64,000 nt of DNA from an uncultured Elusimicrobia bacterium (GCA_903830945.1 CAIKVT010000026.1:19823-83822); one strand, 5' to 3'; counted from the stretch's first letter, positions 26,748 to 36,470 are shown. Made by a program: numbers and translations. Notes: generated by a model not told the origin, from the letters alone.

Positions 26748-28603
26748 CGGAGGGAGTCTTGAACCGCTCAAAGCCGGCGGGGCTGGGCAGCCGTTTTATT
26801 GACCCGGAGCGTTGCGAGTTCCTAGTCTGGGCGCCATCGGCGCGCAAAGTCGAGCTGCGCCTGCTGTCGCCTAAGAAATCCTTGGCCCCCATGGAAACCG
26901 ACGGCTCCGGCTATCATTGGATTGTGCTGCCGGGCATCCGCCCCGGGACCGGATATCTCTACCGCTTGGACGGCAAGACAGAGAGGCCTGATCCCGCCTC
27001 GCGCTGCCAACCCTATGGAGTTCACGGCCCATCGACAGTCGTAGACCCGACCTTCACCTGGCACGACCGGAACTGGAAAGGTCTTCCCCTGGAGCGACAT
27101 GTTATCTATGAACTCCATGTCGGCACCTTCTCCAAGGCAGGGACCTTCGCCGGCGTCATCCCTCAGCTCGACGCCATCGCAGACATCGGCGCCACCGCCC
27201 TGTGCCTCATGCCCGTAGCCCAGTGTCCGGGCAGCCGCAACTGGGGCTATGACGGAGTCTACCCCTTCGCCACGCAGGATTCCTACGGCGGGGTTACGGG
27301 CTTAAAGCGCCTCATAGACGCCGCCCACCGGCGCGGCCTGGCCATAATGCTCGACGTGGTGCACAACCACCTGGGCCCTGAGGGCAACTATCTTCGCGAC
27401 TTCGGCCCCTATTTCGCCGGCAAGACTCCCTGGGGCGAAGCCATCAATCTCGACGGCCCCGGCTCGGATGAGGTGCGCCGCTTCTTCATCGAGAGCGCCT
27501 GCCGCTGGCTCGACGAGTTCCACGCGGACGGCCTGCGCCTCGACGCGGTGCACGCCCTGCGCGATTTCTCGGCGCGGCCTTTCGTCGAGGAGCTCACTCA
27601 GGCCGCGCACGGCATCGGGCAGGCGCAGGGCCGCAACATCAACATCATCGCGGAGAGCATCCTCAACGACCCGCGCGTGGTCCAGCCCAGCGCAGCCGGC
27701 GGCTGGGGCTGCGACGGCCAGTGGAGCAAGGATTTCCACCACTCTTTGCACGTGGCCCTGACCGGCGAGCGCGCCGGCTTCTACGCGGACTACTCCGGGC
27801 TCTCCGACCTGGCCCGCGCCTACAAGGACGCCTTCGTCTACGTCGGCCAGTACTCCTCCTGGAGACGCCGCAGCCACGGACGCAGCGCGCAGGGGCTGCC
27901 CGCGTCCCGCTTCGTGGTCTACTCTCAGGACCACGACGAGACCGGCAACCGGCCCCGGGGCGAGCGGCTCGCCGCTCTAGTGGACTTCGAGGCCCTCAAG
28001 CTCGCAGCCGGGGCCGTGGCCCTATCGCCCTACATCCCCTTGCTCTTCATGGGTGAGGAATACGAGGAAAAGGCGCCATTCTATTATTTCACCAGCCATG
28101 CCGACCGCAGGCTGGCGGCCGCGGTGCGCCGCGGGCGGCGCCAGATGTACGACGGCCATGGCTGGCCGGACCGCTCATCCCCGGACCCTGATTCGCCCGC
28201 CGCCTTCACTCGCAGCAAGCTTGACCACAGCCTGCGGCACAAGGGCCGCCACGCGCTCCTGCGGGGCTTTTACCGCAGCCTCTATGCCCTGCGCCGCGAA
28301 CACCCGGCTTTGGCCCCACGGGACCGGGAGAACCTCGATGTTGAGCTCAACGAGAAATTCCAGGCGCTGGCCGTACGCCGCCGCGCCGGCAGCGAAGAAT
28401 CATTCTTCATCCTGCATTTCGGCAAAACCACCGACCGCCTGCGCCTGGAATTGCCCGGAGGCAACTGGACCAAGCTCCTGGACTCGGCGCAGCCCCAATG
28501 GGGGGGGCCCGGCAGCCCGGCCGCAGATCGGCTGGCCGGGGGGCCCGTGGAACTCGACTTGGCGCCGCTTTGCGTTGTAGTCTACGGAAAGAGCGCACAC
28601 TAG
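26744..28603 (+). CDS. GH13 alpha-amylase-family enzyme, malto-oligosyltrehalose trehalohydrolase (TreZ)-like
   Basis: N-terminal E-set/CBM48 region (FLVWAP), then YELHVGTFS, GYDGV, RLDAVH and a GH13 catalytic core. TTG start overlaps the glgM-like stop. Confidence 0.7.
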   Translation: MTEGVLNRSKPAGLGSRFIDPERCEFLVWAPSARKVELRLLSPKKSLAPMETDGSGYHWIVLPGIRPGTGYLYRLDGKTERPDPASRCQPYGVHGPSTVVDPTFTWHDRNWKGLPLERHVIYELHVGTFSKAGTFAGVIPQLDAIADIGATALCLMPVAQCPGSRNWGYDGVYPFATQDSYGGVTGLKRLIDAAHRRGLAIMLDVVHNHLGPEGNYLRDFGPYFAGKTPWGEAINLDGPGSDEVRRFFIESACRWLDEFHADGLRLDAVHALRDFSARPFVEELTQAAHGIGQAQGRNINIIAESILNDPRVVQPSAAGGWGCDGQWSKDFHHSLHVALTGERAGFYADYSGLSDLARAYKDAFVYVGQYSSWRRRSHGRSAQGLPASRFVVYSQDHDETGNRPRGERLAALVDFEALKLAAGAVALSPYIPLLFMGEEYEEKAPFYYFTSHADRRLAAAVRRGRRQMYDGHGWPDRSSPDPDSPAAFTRSKLDHSLRHKGRHALLRGFYRSLYALRREHPALAPRDRENLDVELNEKFQALAVRRRAGSEESFFILHFGKTTDRLRLELPGGNWTKLLDSAQPQWGGPGSPAADRLAGGPVELDLAPLCVVVYGKSAH

Positions 28604-28618
28604 ACTTTAGGAGAGACC

Positions 28619-30724
28619 TTGGAAAAAAAAGCGACGAGCGCCTCCGAACCTGCCGCGGTCTGGCTGCCAGGGCCCGCCCCCGCTTCCGCTAAGAAAGCGG
28701 AATCAAAGGCCGTGGTGCCCAAAGACGGACCGTCCTCCGCACCCGACAAACGCGTAGTCATCGAAAAGATCCGCCCAGAGCTCGACGGCGGGCGCTACCC
28801 CATCAAGCGGGTCGTAGGCGAGCAAGTCTACGTTGAAGCGGACGTGTTCACGGACGGCCATGACGAGTTGGTGTGCTTTCTGCTCTACCGCAATGAAGAT
28901 GACGCGCAATGGACGCAGGTCCCGATGCGGCCTTTGGGCAACGACCGCTGGCGCGCCGAGTTCACGGTCGCCGAGCTGGGCCAGTACCGCTACACGGTCC
29001 AGGCCCGCCTCGATCCATTTTACACCTGGCTGAGAGACTTGAAGAAGCGCCTGGAAGCGGGACAGGACGTGCGGCCCGAGCTTCCGGTCGGAGCGGGGCT
29101 TGCGGCCACGGCCGCGGGCCGGGCCGAAGCCGCGGGCCAGAAAGCGGAGGCGCGCCGGCTCAAGGAGCTCGCCAGGGACCTGGGGACGCGCGGAGACCCG
29201 CGCGAGAAGGCGGCGCGCCTAGCCGCGCCCGAGCTCACCAGCCTGGTCTCGCAGTGGGGCGACCCGGAGACCTTCGTCCGTCATGGCCAGGACCTGGCGG
29301 TCACGGTGGACCGTGTCAAGGCGCGCTTCAGCGCCTGGTACGAGCTTTTCCCGCGCTCTGCCTCGCCCAAGCCCGGGGCGCACGGCACCTTCAAGGATAT
29401 CATCGCACGCCTGCCTTACGTCGCGGAGCTGGGCTTCGACGTGCTCTACCTGCCGCCCATCCATCCCATCGGAAAGACCCATCGCAAGGGCAAGAACAAC
29501 GCGCTCAAGGCCGGCCCCAACGACCCAGGCAGCCCCTGGGCCATCGGCGACGAGACCGGCGGGCACAAGGCCGTCCATCCGGCGCTCGGCACCCTGGAAG
29601 ATTTCGGCAAGCTGGTCTCGCAGGCCCAGGACCATGGCCTGGAGCTCGCCCTGGACATCGCCCTGCAGTGCTCGCCGGACCATCCCTACTTGAAAGAGCA
29701 CCCGGAGTGGTTCAAGGCCCGGCCCGACGGCAGCCTGCGCTTCGCCGAGAACCCGCCCAAGAAATACGAAGACATCTATCCGCTGGACTTCACCTGCAGG
29801 GACTTCAAGGCCCTCTGGGAGGAGACCAAGAGCATCTTCGAGTTCTGGATCGCACAAGGCGTGCGCATCTTCCGCGTGGACAACCCGCACACCAAGCCCT
29901 TCGGGCTCTGGGACTGGCTGATCTCCGAGTTGCGCCGCAAGGACCCGGACCTCATTTTCCTGGCCGAGGCCTTCACCCGGCCCAAGGTCATGGCCCGGCT
30001 GGCCAAGGCGGGCTTTTCGCAGTCCTACAACTACTTTCCCTGGCGCAACTCCAAGTGGGAACTGGAAAGCTACTTCCACGAGCTGGCCCATACCGAGGCC
30101 AAGGAGTTCCTGAGGCCCAACCTCTGGCCCAACACGCCGGACATCCTCACCGAATATCTGCAGTTCGGAGGCCGGCCGGCCTTCCTGGTCCGCCACGTTC
30201 TGGCCGCGACTTTGGGCGCGAGCTACGGCATCTACGGTCCTGCCTTCGAGCTCTGCGAAAACACCGCGCGCGAGCCGGGCCACGAGGAGTACAAGGACTC
30301 CGAGAAATACGAACTCAAGCATTGGGCTCTCGAGCGCAAGGACAGCCTGCGCGCGCACATCGCGCGGGTCAACCGCATCCGGCGCGAGAACCCGGCCCTG
30401 CAGAACGACTCCAGCCTGCGCTTCTTCCGCTCGGAGAACGAGCAGATCATCGCCTACGCCAAGCAGTCCGGCGACAACGTGGTCCTGGTGATCGTCAACC
30501 TCGACCCGAACCACAAACAGGCGGGATGGGTCGAGCTGCCCCTGCAGGAGTTCGGATTGGCCGCGGACAAGCCTTACCAGATGCACGACCTCCTGGCCGA
30601 GCGGCACTACCTATGGCGGGGGCCGCGCAACTACGTGGAGCTCGACCCGAGCGGCATGCCGGCGCACGTCTTCAAGCTGCGCCGCTATGTCCGCACCGAG
30701 CGGGACTTCGACTACTTCCTATGA
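28619..30724 (+). CDS. glgE: Alpha-1,4-glucan:maltose-1-phosphate maltosyltransferase
   Basis: GH13_3 hallmarks WYELFPRS, RVDNPHTKP, and 701 aa length. TTG start preceded by an AGGAGA RBS. Confidence 0.85.
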   Translation: MEKKATSASEPAAVWLPGPAPASAKKAESKAVVPKDGPSSAPDKRVVIEKIRPELDGGRYPIKRVVGEQVYVEADVFTDGHDELVCFLLYRNEDDAQWTQVPMRPLGNDRWRAEFTVAELGQYRYTVQARLDPFYTWLRDLKKRLEAGQDVRPELPVGAGLAATAAGRAEAAGQKAEARRLKELARDLGTRGDPREKAARLAAPELTSLVSQWGDPETFVRHGQDLAVTVDRVKARFSAWYELFPRSASPKPGAHGTFKDIIARLPYVAELGFDVLYLPPIHPIGKTHRKGKNNALKAGPNDPGSPWAIGDETGGHKAVHPALGTLEDFGKLVSQAQDHGLELALDIALQCSPDHPYLKEHPEWFKARPDGSLRFAENPPKKYEDIYPLDFTCRDFKALWEETKSIFEFWIAQGVRIFRVDNPHTKPFGLWDWLISELRRKDPDLIFLAEAFTRPKVMARLAKAGFSQSYNYFPWRNSKWELESYFHELAHTEAKEFLRPNLWPNTPDILTEYLQFGGRPAFLVRHVLAATLGASYGIYGPAFELCENTAREPGHEEYKDSEKYELKHWALERKDSLRAHIARVNRIRRENPALQNDSSLRFFRSENEQIIAYAKQSGDNVVLVIVNLDPNHKQAGWVELPLQEFGLAADKPYQMHDLLAERHYLWRGPRNYVELDPSGMPAHVFKLRRYVRTERDFDYFL

Positions 30725-30738
30725 TGACTGGAGATCAC

Positions 30739-31662
30739 ATGAAAAGACAGATCAAGGCTAGGTCCCTGCGCAATGCCGCCATCCTGCTCGCGCTGGCCGC
30801 GGGCCTTTCCGCCTGCATGGGCCGCAGCGAGTCGTCCATCGGAACGCCCCGATCACCCTTGGTGGTCGTGCTCTCTCCCGCGCATGCCCCGGCCTCGCTG
30901 GAGCCCTTGCGCGAGCTCTCCGAACGGCTCACCTCAGGCTCCGGCCTGACGGTGGAGGTGCGCGCCGCGGCCTCGCCGCTGGACGCCATCGAGCAGTTGG
31001 GCACGCGCAAGGCTGACGCGGGCATCCTGACCCTGGAGGAATTCCTCCTGGCGCACGAAGAATACGAAGTGATCCCGCGCCTCCAGATCCTGCGCGGCCA
31101 GGGCGAGACCCAGTTCGACGGGGTCATCCTGGTCCTGGCCAAGAGCACGGCCAAGAAAACCGCGGACCTTGAGGGCGGAAAGTTCGGCTTCGTGGACCCT
31201 TATTCGGTGAGCGGATTCCTATTGCCCGCGCAGGTCCTCCAGAAGGAGAGGGTCAAGGTCGAGCCTCGGTTCCTGGGGAGCCATGGCAAGGCTCTCGAAG
31301 CCCTGCTCCAAGGGGCTGTCGCGGCCATCGCGACTTACGGGAACCAAGCCGCGGGGCACAAAGACCTGCGCGTCCTGGCGCGGACCGGGACGGTGCCCAA
31401 CGAACCTTTCGTCTTCCGCGAAGGCCTGCGGCCGCAGAAGCGCGAGGCGCTCACCAAGGCGCTCCAGGACCTGATCGGCGACCCGGAAGGCAAGCAAGCC
31501 CTTATGTCCGTGGCCAACATCACGGGCTTCGGCCCGGTCGATGACGAGGCCTATCGTTCCGTCCACGATATCCTGGAAGCAGCGGGGAAATCCGTCTACG
31601 ATATCGTGCCTAAGGGCGCCGAGGTCCGGCGCCTCAACCAGCCCTACATCGACGTGCGCTGA
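30739..31662 (+). CDS. PhnD/SsuA-like periplasmic substrate-binding lipoprotein (phosphonate-binding family), orphan
   Basis: Lipobox LAAGLSAC with PBP type-2 fold motifs (GFVDPYSVSGFLLP). No adjacent ABC permease or ATPase genes. Confidence 0.55.
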   Translation: MKRQIKARSLRNAAILLALAAGLSACMGRSESSIGTPRSPLVVVLSPAHAPASLEPLRELSERLTSGSGLTVEVRAAASPLDAIEQLGTRKADAGILTLEEFLLAHEEYEVIPRLQILRGQGETQFDGVILVLAKSTAKKTADLEGGKFGFVDPYSVSGFLLPAQVLQKERVKVEPRFLGSHGKALEALLQGAVAAIATYGNQAAGHKDLRVLARTGTVPNEPFVFREGLRPQKREALTKALQDLIGDPEGKQALMSVANITGFGPVDDEAYRSVHDILEAAGKSVYDIVPKGAEVRRLNQPYIDVR

Positions 31663-33503
31663 GGCCGGGTGGTCTCTCCGTCCAGTGCCTGCTTGAGCGC
31701 CAGGTCCCTCAGGTCGGCGAATTCATCGTGCCCAGGAGCTAGGAAACGGCGGAAAAGATCCTTATCATCGCCCAACTCCTTCAGAAAATCGGCGATGCTC
31801 CCGCCGCGCCGCCAGCGCTTGGCCAGCAGGCCGTAGCGGTACAGCTCGACATATCGGGCCGCGGACTTATCCCAGGAAGCGTCGGTCGCCATGGCCGCGC
31901 GCATGCGCCTTTCGTGCTGCGTATAGTCGCTGCGGAAGCACCGCAGGGCCTGCTGGATGGCTCCGGAGAAGGCGTCGCACTCGCCCGCGAAGTCGCCGAT
32001 GTCGAGCCAGTCGTAAAGGTAGCCGCAATGCCGGATCTTGGTGAGCCCCCCGATGGCGCGCACGATGGGCAAAGTCCCTAGGAGCGCGCCCTCATAGTCC
32101 ACCAGCCCGCAAGGCTCGAAGCGGGAAGGAATAAGCACGAAGTCCGAGCCGGCCAGGATGAGTTTGGAGAGCGGCTGGTTGAAGGTGTTATTGTAATAGA
32201 CGCGGCCTTTATGGCGGTCCGCCAAGGAGAAGAACCAGCTCTCCAGCCCTTTCTCTCCGTCGTCCGCCGAAGCCAGGATCACGAACCTCGATTGCGGGTC
32301 GAAGGCGAGCACCCGCTCCACGGTCGCGGCGATGGCGCGGAAGTTCTTCTGCTGCGACATCCGGCCCACGGCGCAGAAGAGCGCGGGATAACCCCATATG
32401 TCGTGGCCGAAAGCCTCGCGATAGAGGAGCCGCCGCAGGTCCTGCTTGCGCTCCAGGCGGTCGGCGTCGAAATCATGGTCCTTGGCGAGCATCTCCTCCT
32501 GGACGCCCAGGTCTGAGAAGATCGGAGTCAAGGACTTCCCCTGTAGCGACCGCAGAGCTGCGCAGCGCAGTTCCGGCATGTGCTCTGGCCGGTTCTTGGC
32601 GGACAAGCCGTTGGTGATGCCCGCGACCGGGATCTTCTCGAAGAGGTTCAGGCCCCGATTGGGATGGAATATCTCGATCGGAGAGGCGCCTTTCTGCTGC
32701 CAGGCGCGGCGTCTGAGAGAATCGTAGCTCTCGCGCAGTTCAGCCGCGTAGCCCCAGGTGCCGTCCAAGTCCCCGCTCACCGTAGTGACGCGTCCGCCGG
32801 TCTTATGGACCTTGAGCATGCAGGCCTTGGCGGCGTTGAGACCATTGAAATGATCGAAGTACTCGTGGAAGAGCCGCGCCCCGGGAAGGTTAAGGCGGTC
32901 GAGTGTCTCGTAGCCGCCGCCCATGATATGGCAGGCGCCCTGATGGGAGGCGTTGTGCAGAGTCAAATGGACTGGGACGTCCTTAAGGTACCCGTCGCCC
33001 AAGTAGAGAGGCACGAGGCTGACGTGAGAGTCGTGCAGATGCACGGTCTGGAAATCCCCCTGCCGTATGTAGCCGGCCATGGCCTGGGAGACCGCGGCGC
33101 AGAGCTTCATCATCATCCAAGGGTCGTTGGGATAGACGGCCCGCGCCCCGGTCCAGCCCAGCTGGCCGGAATCCCAAAAATACAGGCTCTTGATATCCAC
33201 CGATCGCTTGCTGCCGTCCGGCCAATCTATCTGGTCCACGAAAACGTGCTCATAGACCTCGAATTCAAAGGCGGCCGCCTCGATGCGCGCGGCAAGGCGC
33301 ATCGGGAGCTTCTTGAGCTGGGACCGGTCGTAATGCGCGAAGCATGGAGATAGGAGCTCTATCTCCAGCGCGAAGCCTTGCCGGGCCGCGGCCTTGATCA
33401 GCTCCGCCGGCAACTCCTCGACCACGCCGCCCAGACCGCCGACCTTGGTGCCGAATCCACTGCGCAGGCGGCCGATCTCCCAGGCGCACAGGGCGATGCG
33501 CAT
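31644..33503 (-). CDS. GT5 glycogen/starch-synthase-like glycosyltransferase (atypical, with insertions and a C-terminal extension)
   Basis: KVGGLGGVV (the K-X-G-G-L ADP-glucose motif) near the N-terminus and a GT-B C-domain (SRFEPCGL). Start set at ATG 33503 (MRIALCAWE...); the track ORF reaches 33605. About 620 aa against ~480 for a canonical GlgA. Confidence 0.65.
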   Translation of the reverse strand: MRIALCAWEIGRLRSGFGTKVGGLGGVVEELPAELIKAAARQGFALEIELLSPCFAHYDRSQLKKLPMRLAARIEAAAFEFEVYEHVFVDQIDWPDGSKRSVDIKSLYFWDSGQLGWTGARAVYPNDPWMMMKLCAAVSQAMAGYIRQGDFQTVHLHDSHVSLVPLYLGDGYLKDVPVHLTLHNASHQGACHIMGGGYETLDRLNLPGARLFHEYFDHFNGLNAAKACMLKVHKTGGRVTTVSGDLDGTWGYAAELRESYDSLRRRAWQQKGASPIEIFHPNRGLNLFEKIPVAGITNGLSAKNRPEHMPELRCAALRSLQGKSLTPIFSDLGVQEEMLAKDHDFDADRLERKQDLRRLLYREAFGHDIWGYPALFCAVGRMSQQKNFRAIAATVERVLAFDPQSRFVILASADDGEKGLESWFFSLADRHKGRVYYNNTFNQPLSKLILAGSDFVLIPSRFEPCGLVDYEGALLGTLPIVRAIGGLTKIRHCGYLYDWLDIGDFAGECDAFSGAIQQALRCFRSDYTQHERRMRAAMATDASWDKSAARYVELYRYGLLAKRWRRGGSIADFLKELGDDKDLFRRFLAPGHDEFADLRDLALKQALDGETTRPQRTSM

Positions 33504-33654
33504 GGGCGCCCCGGAGTGCAGCCGTTCTCCCTTCGTGGAGGGAGCAACGCGCTTCTTGCGCCAGCCCCCCGGGGGCGGCAAAGTCGGAAGCTTCTCGGGC
33601 GCCATACTCAGCTATCCCCCAAGGCAACGCGCACCTTAAGCGCGATGGAAACGG

Positions 33655-34005
33655 TCATGCGGCCCCCGTGGCGTCGAAGGCGGCGGGGATATGGAGGGTC
33701 CCCTGCGGAGAGATCGCCACCACGTCGAATCTCAAGGGGGCGTCCAAGCTCCGGCTCTGCGCGTAGGCTAGCGCAGTGCGGATGATGCGCCGCCGCTTGG
33801 CCAAAGTCACGGTCTCCTGGGGAGTGCCGAAGGCGTCGGAGGAGCGTGAGCGCACCTCCACGAAGACCACGGTCTCGCCGTCCTGTGCCACCAGGTCGAT
33901 CTCGCCGAAGCGGGTACGGAAATTTCGCGCCAGGATGCGCAGGCCGCGCTCCCTGAGGAACTCCTCGGCCTGCCGTTCGGCCCGTGCGCCCGCCTCTCGA
34001 CTCAT
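33655..34005 (-). CDS. yraN: YraN-family (UPF0102) endonuclease
   Basis: 116 aa; GEIDLVA...VVFVEVRSR motif. Confidence 0.8.
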   Translation of the reverse strand: MSREAGARAERQAEEFLRERGLRILARNFRTRFGEIDLVAQDGETVVFVEVRSRSSDAFGTPQETVTLAKRRRIIRTALAYAQSRSLDAPLRFDVVAISPQGTLHIPAAFDATGAA

Positions 34006-34643
34006 GCCAGGATCAGCTGACGGACCGGAGAAAAAGTCCGACGGTGCACCGAAGCCGGACCCAAACGCAGAAGCGCCTCACGATGAATGGCCGTGCCGTA
34101 GCCCTTGTGCCGGGCCAGGCCATAGCCAGGATAGCGGCGATCGAGCCTACTCATCCAGAGGTCGCGCACCACCTTGGCCACGATGCTCGCGCAGGAGACG
34201 GCCAGGGACAATCGGTCGCCGCCCACGACGGTGAGTTGTTCCAGGGAGAGTTCCGGAATGCGACGATTGCCATCGACGACCACGAGGCACCGCCGTGCCG
34301 GAACGCCTGAAGCCGCGCGCCTGACGGCCCTGCGCATGGCGGCCAGGGTAGCGGCGAGGATATCGGTCCTCTCGATCTCGCGAGGATGGGCCCAGGCAAC
34401 GGAAACGGCCGCGGCGCGGGCGCGGATGGCGACACAAAGCGTCTCGCGCCGCGAAGGGGAAAGCAGCTTGGAGTCCCGCGCGGCCAGCAGTTCAATCGGG
34501 ACATTAGAGCCGAGACGGACAGCCGCGACCACGAGCGGTCCGGCCCAGGGGCCCCGGCCGGCTTCATCGACGCCTATAAGCCACCCTGCACGCCGGGAGG
34601 CGCGCAGGGTGGTATCGAACCGATGGCCAGCGGAAGCGGCCAC
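34002..34643 (-). CDS. rnhB: Ribonuclease HII
   Basis: GVDEAGRGP, DSK, and other RNase HII motifs. Confidence 0.9.
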   Translation of the reverse strand: MAASAGHRFDTTLRASRRAGWLIGVDEAGRGPWAGPLVVAAVRLGSNVPIELLAARDSKLLSPSRRETLCVAIRARAAAVSVAWAHPREIERTDILAATLAAMRRAVRRAASGVPARRCLVVVDGNRRIPELSLEQLTVVGGDRLSLAVSCASIVAKVVRDLWMSRLDRRYPGYGLARHKGYGTAIHREALLRLGPASVHRRTFSPVRQLILA

Positions 34644-34651
34644 GGGGGGGA

Positions 34652-35194
34652 CTACTTAGCCGTGGAACCAGCCTTGACCGCGGCTGCTTGGCCCGATTTA
34701 GCATCCGCGGAATGGGACTTATTGGTCTCGCTGCGGGCCGGCACCTGGACGATGGCCACAGCCGGCATGGCCGTCTCCGCGGTCGAAGCCGGATGCGCGA
34801 CCTTCTCAAAGCCGGAGGCCGAACCCTCGGCGGGAGTCACGGCTGCCGGGACGGCCGCGGCACCGCGCTCCACCGCGGCCAGACGCGCCGCGCGGCCGCT
34901 CAAACCCCGCAGATAGTAGAGCTTGGCCCGACGCACCTTGCCGGACATCGTCACCTCGATCTTATCGATGTGCGGGGAGAACAGCGGAAAGGTCCGCTCC
35001 ACTCCCACGCCGAAAGATATCTTACGCACGGTGAAGCTCTCTCCGTCGCCGTGGCCCCGCCTCGCCAAGCACGTACCCTCAAAGACCTGGACGCGCTCGC
35101 TGTCGCCTTCCACGACCTTAATATGCACCCGGATCGTGTCGCCCGGACGGAAATCCGGGAACTGCTTCTTCGCCTGTTCTGCTGCCGCCATCAT
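34652..35194 (-). CDS. rplS: 50S ribosomal protein L19 with an Ala-rich C-terminal extension
   Basis: Conserved L19 core ([16 protein letters not shown]...ERVQVFEG) of ~115 aa plus a ~65-aa low-complexity tail. Confidence 0.9.
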   Translation of the reverse strand: MMAAAEQAKKQFPDFRPGDTIRVHIKVVEGDSERVQVFEGTCLARRGHGDGESFTVRKISFGVGVERTFPLFSPHIDKIEVTMSGKVRRAKLYYLRGLSGRAARLAAVERGAAAVPAAVTPAEGSASGFEKVAHPASTAETAMPAVAIVQVPARSETNKSHSADAKSGQAAAVKAGSTAK

Positions 35195-35203
35195 AATCGT
35201 CTC

Positions 35204-35881
35204 CTATGCACTAATCTTCAACAGATCCGGACGCTTGCGCCGCGTGACGCGCCTCGCGGCGCACCGACGCCACTGCGCGATGCGTTCGTGGTCTCCGGAA
35301 AGCAGGGCCTCAGGGACCTTGCGGCCCCGCCAGACCCGCGGCCGGGTGTATTGCGGATGCTCCAACAGTCCATCCTCGAAGGATTCCCTGAGCGTCGCGT
35401 CAGCCTTTTTGAGCACCCCGGAGATGAGCCGCGCCACAGCGTCGGCGACCATCATGGCGGGCAGCTCCCCGCCCGTCAGCACGAAGTCGCCGATCGAGAC
35501 TTCCTCGTCGCAGAGGCGCAGGACCCTTTCGTCAAGCCCCTCGTAGTGGCCGCACACCAGCACGAGGTGATCTTCACGAGCCAGCCTCCGGGCCGCGGCC
35601 GCGTCGAAACGCGCACCCTGCGGGGTCAGGCACACGACGCGACTCACCGGCCTGCGCACACTCATGAGCGCACGATAGAGGGGTTCGGCTTTGAGGACCA
35701 TGCCCGCGCCGCCGCCAAAAGGCCGGTCGTCGACGGTCCGGTGCCGGTCCAAGGCGAAGTCGCGAGGGTTGACTGTCCCCAGTTCGAGCAGTCCGCGCGC
35801 ACGGGCGCGACCCACGATGCTCGCGCCCAGCACGGGCTCGAACATCTCCGGGAACAGCGTCACCACGTCGATGCGCATCAT
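35204..35881 (-). CDS. trmD: tRNA (guanine37-N1)-methyltransferase
   Basis: MRIDVVTLFPEMF..., GGGAGMV, SpoU-TrmD fold motifs. Confidence 0.9.
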   Translation of the reverse strand: MMRIDVVTLFPEMFEPVLGASIVGRARARGLLELGTVNPRDFALDRHRTVDDRPFGGGAGMVLKAEPLYRALMSVRRPVSRVVCLTPQGARFDAAAARRLAREDHLVLVCGHYEGLDERVLRLCDEEVSIGDFVLTGGELPAMMVADAVARLISGVLKKADATLRESFEDGLLEHPQYTRPRVWRGRKVPEALLSGDHERIAQWRRCAARRVTRRKRPDLLKISA

Positions 35882-35958
35882 CTTCGTCCTCGCGGCCACT
35901 GGCGCGCGCTAGCGCGCTGACACTGACCGCCCTCAGGAAAAGCGTTGATGGTCATGTG

Positions 35959-36186
35959 CTAGTCGATGTCCACCACCGTCTTCTTCTGCGCCTTGGCCCC
36001 GGCTGAATCTACGAGACAACGGATGGCCTTGATCACCTTGCCCTTCTTGCCGATGATCTTACCCTTGTCCTCCTCAGCCACGACCAGCTTCAAGGTCACG
36101 ACGCCTTCGGATTCCAAGTCCTGCACCGAAGCCTGGTCCGGATGGTCGGTCAGGTTCTTGACCAGGAATTGAGCAAGGTCCTTCAT
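35959..36186 (-). CDS. KH-domain RNA-binding protein (YlqC/UPF0109 family)
   Basis: 75 aa with the GKIIGKKGKVIKAIR KH motif. Conserved neighbour of rpsP. Confidence 0.8.
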   Translation of the reverse strand: MKDLAQFLVKNLTDHPDQASVQDLESEGVVTLKLVVAEEDKGKIIGKKGKVIKAIRCLVDSAGAKAQKKTVVDID

Positions 36187-36470
36187 GGCTTGGGCTCCAC
36201 GGTCTGCGCCTTCAACGCAGCGGGCGACTTCTGGATCTGCTGCATCAATTTCTCCACCGTCACAGACGGCAGGGCGCCGTTCTTGCGCCAGACCTCGTAA
36301 CGGTCCTGACGCACCACCAGCTTCTTATTGATCGTCTCGCCGCGAGGGTTGTAGCTACCCAGGACTTCGATAGGCCTACCCGTGCTGCCCCGGCTGCGCT
36401 CGATGGCAACGACGCGGTAGTACGCCTGCTTAGGTTTTCCCGTCCTCTGCAACCTGATGACTACGGACAT
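36183..36470 (-). CDS. rpsP: 30S ribosomal protein S16
   Basis: MSVVIRLQRTGKPKQAYYRVVAIERSR... canonical S16. Confidence 0.9.
   Translation of the reverse strand: MSVVIRLQRTGKPKQAYYRVVAIERSRGSTGRPIEVLGSYNPRGETINKKLVVRQDRYEVWRKNGALPSVTVEKLMQQIQKSPAALKAQTVEPKP

Noticed and set aside
28909-31662. 917-aa ORF in the six-frame track spanning glgE and the PhnD-like gene in another frame
   Set aside because: Pro/Arg/Gly-rich nonsense translation typical of off-frame reading in high-GC DNA; the in-frame GlgE and PhnD-like reading frames carry clear family motifs.
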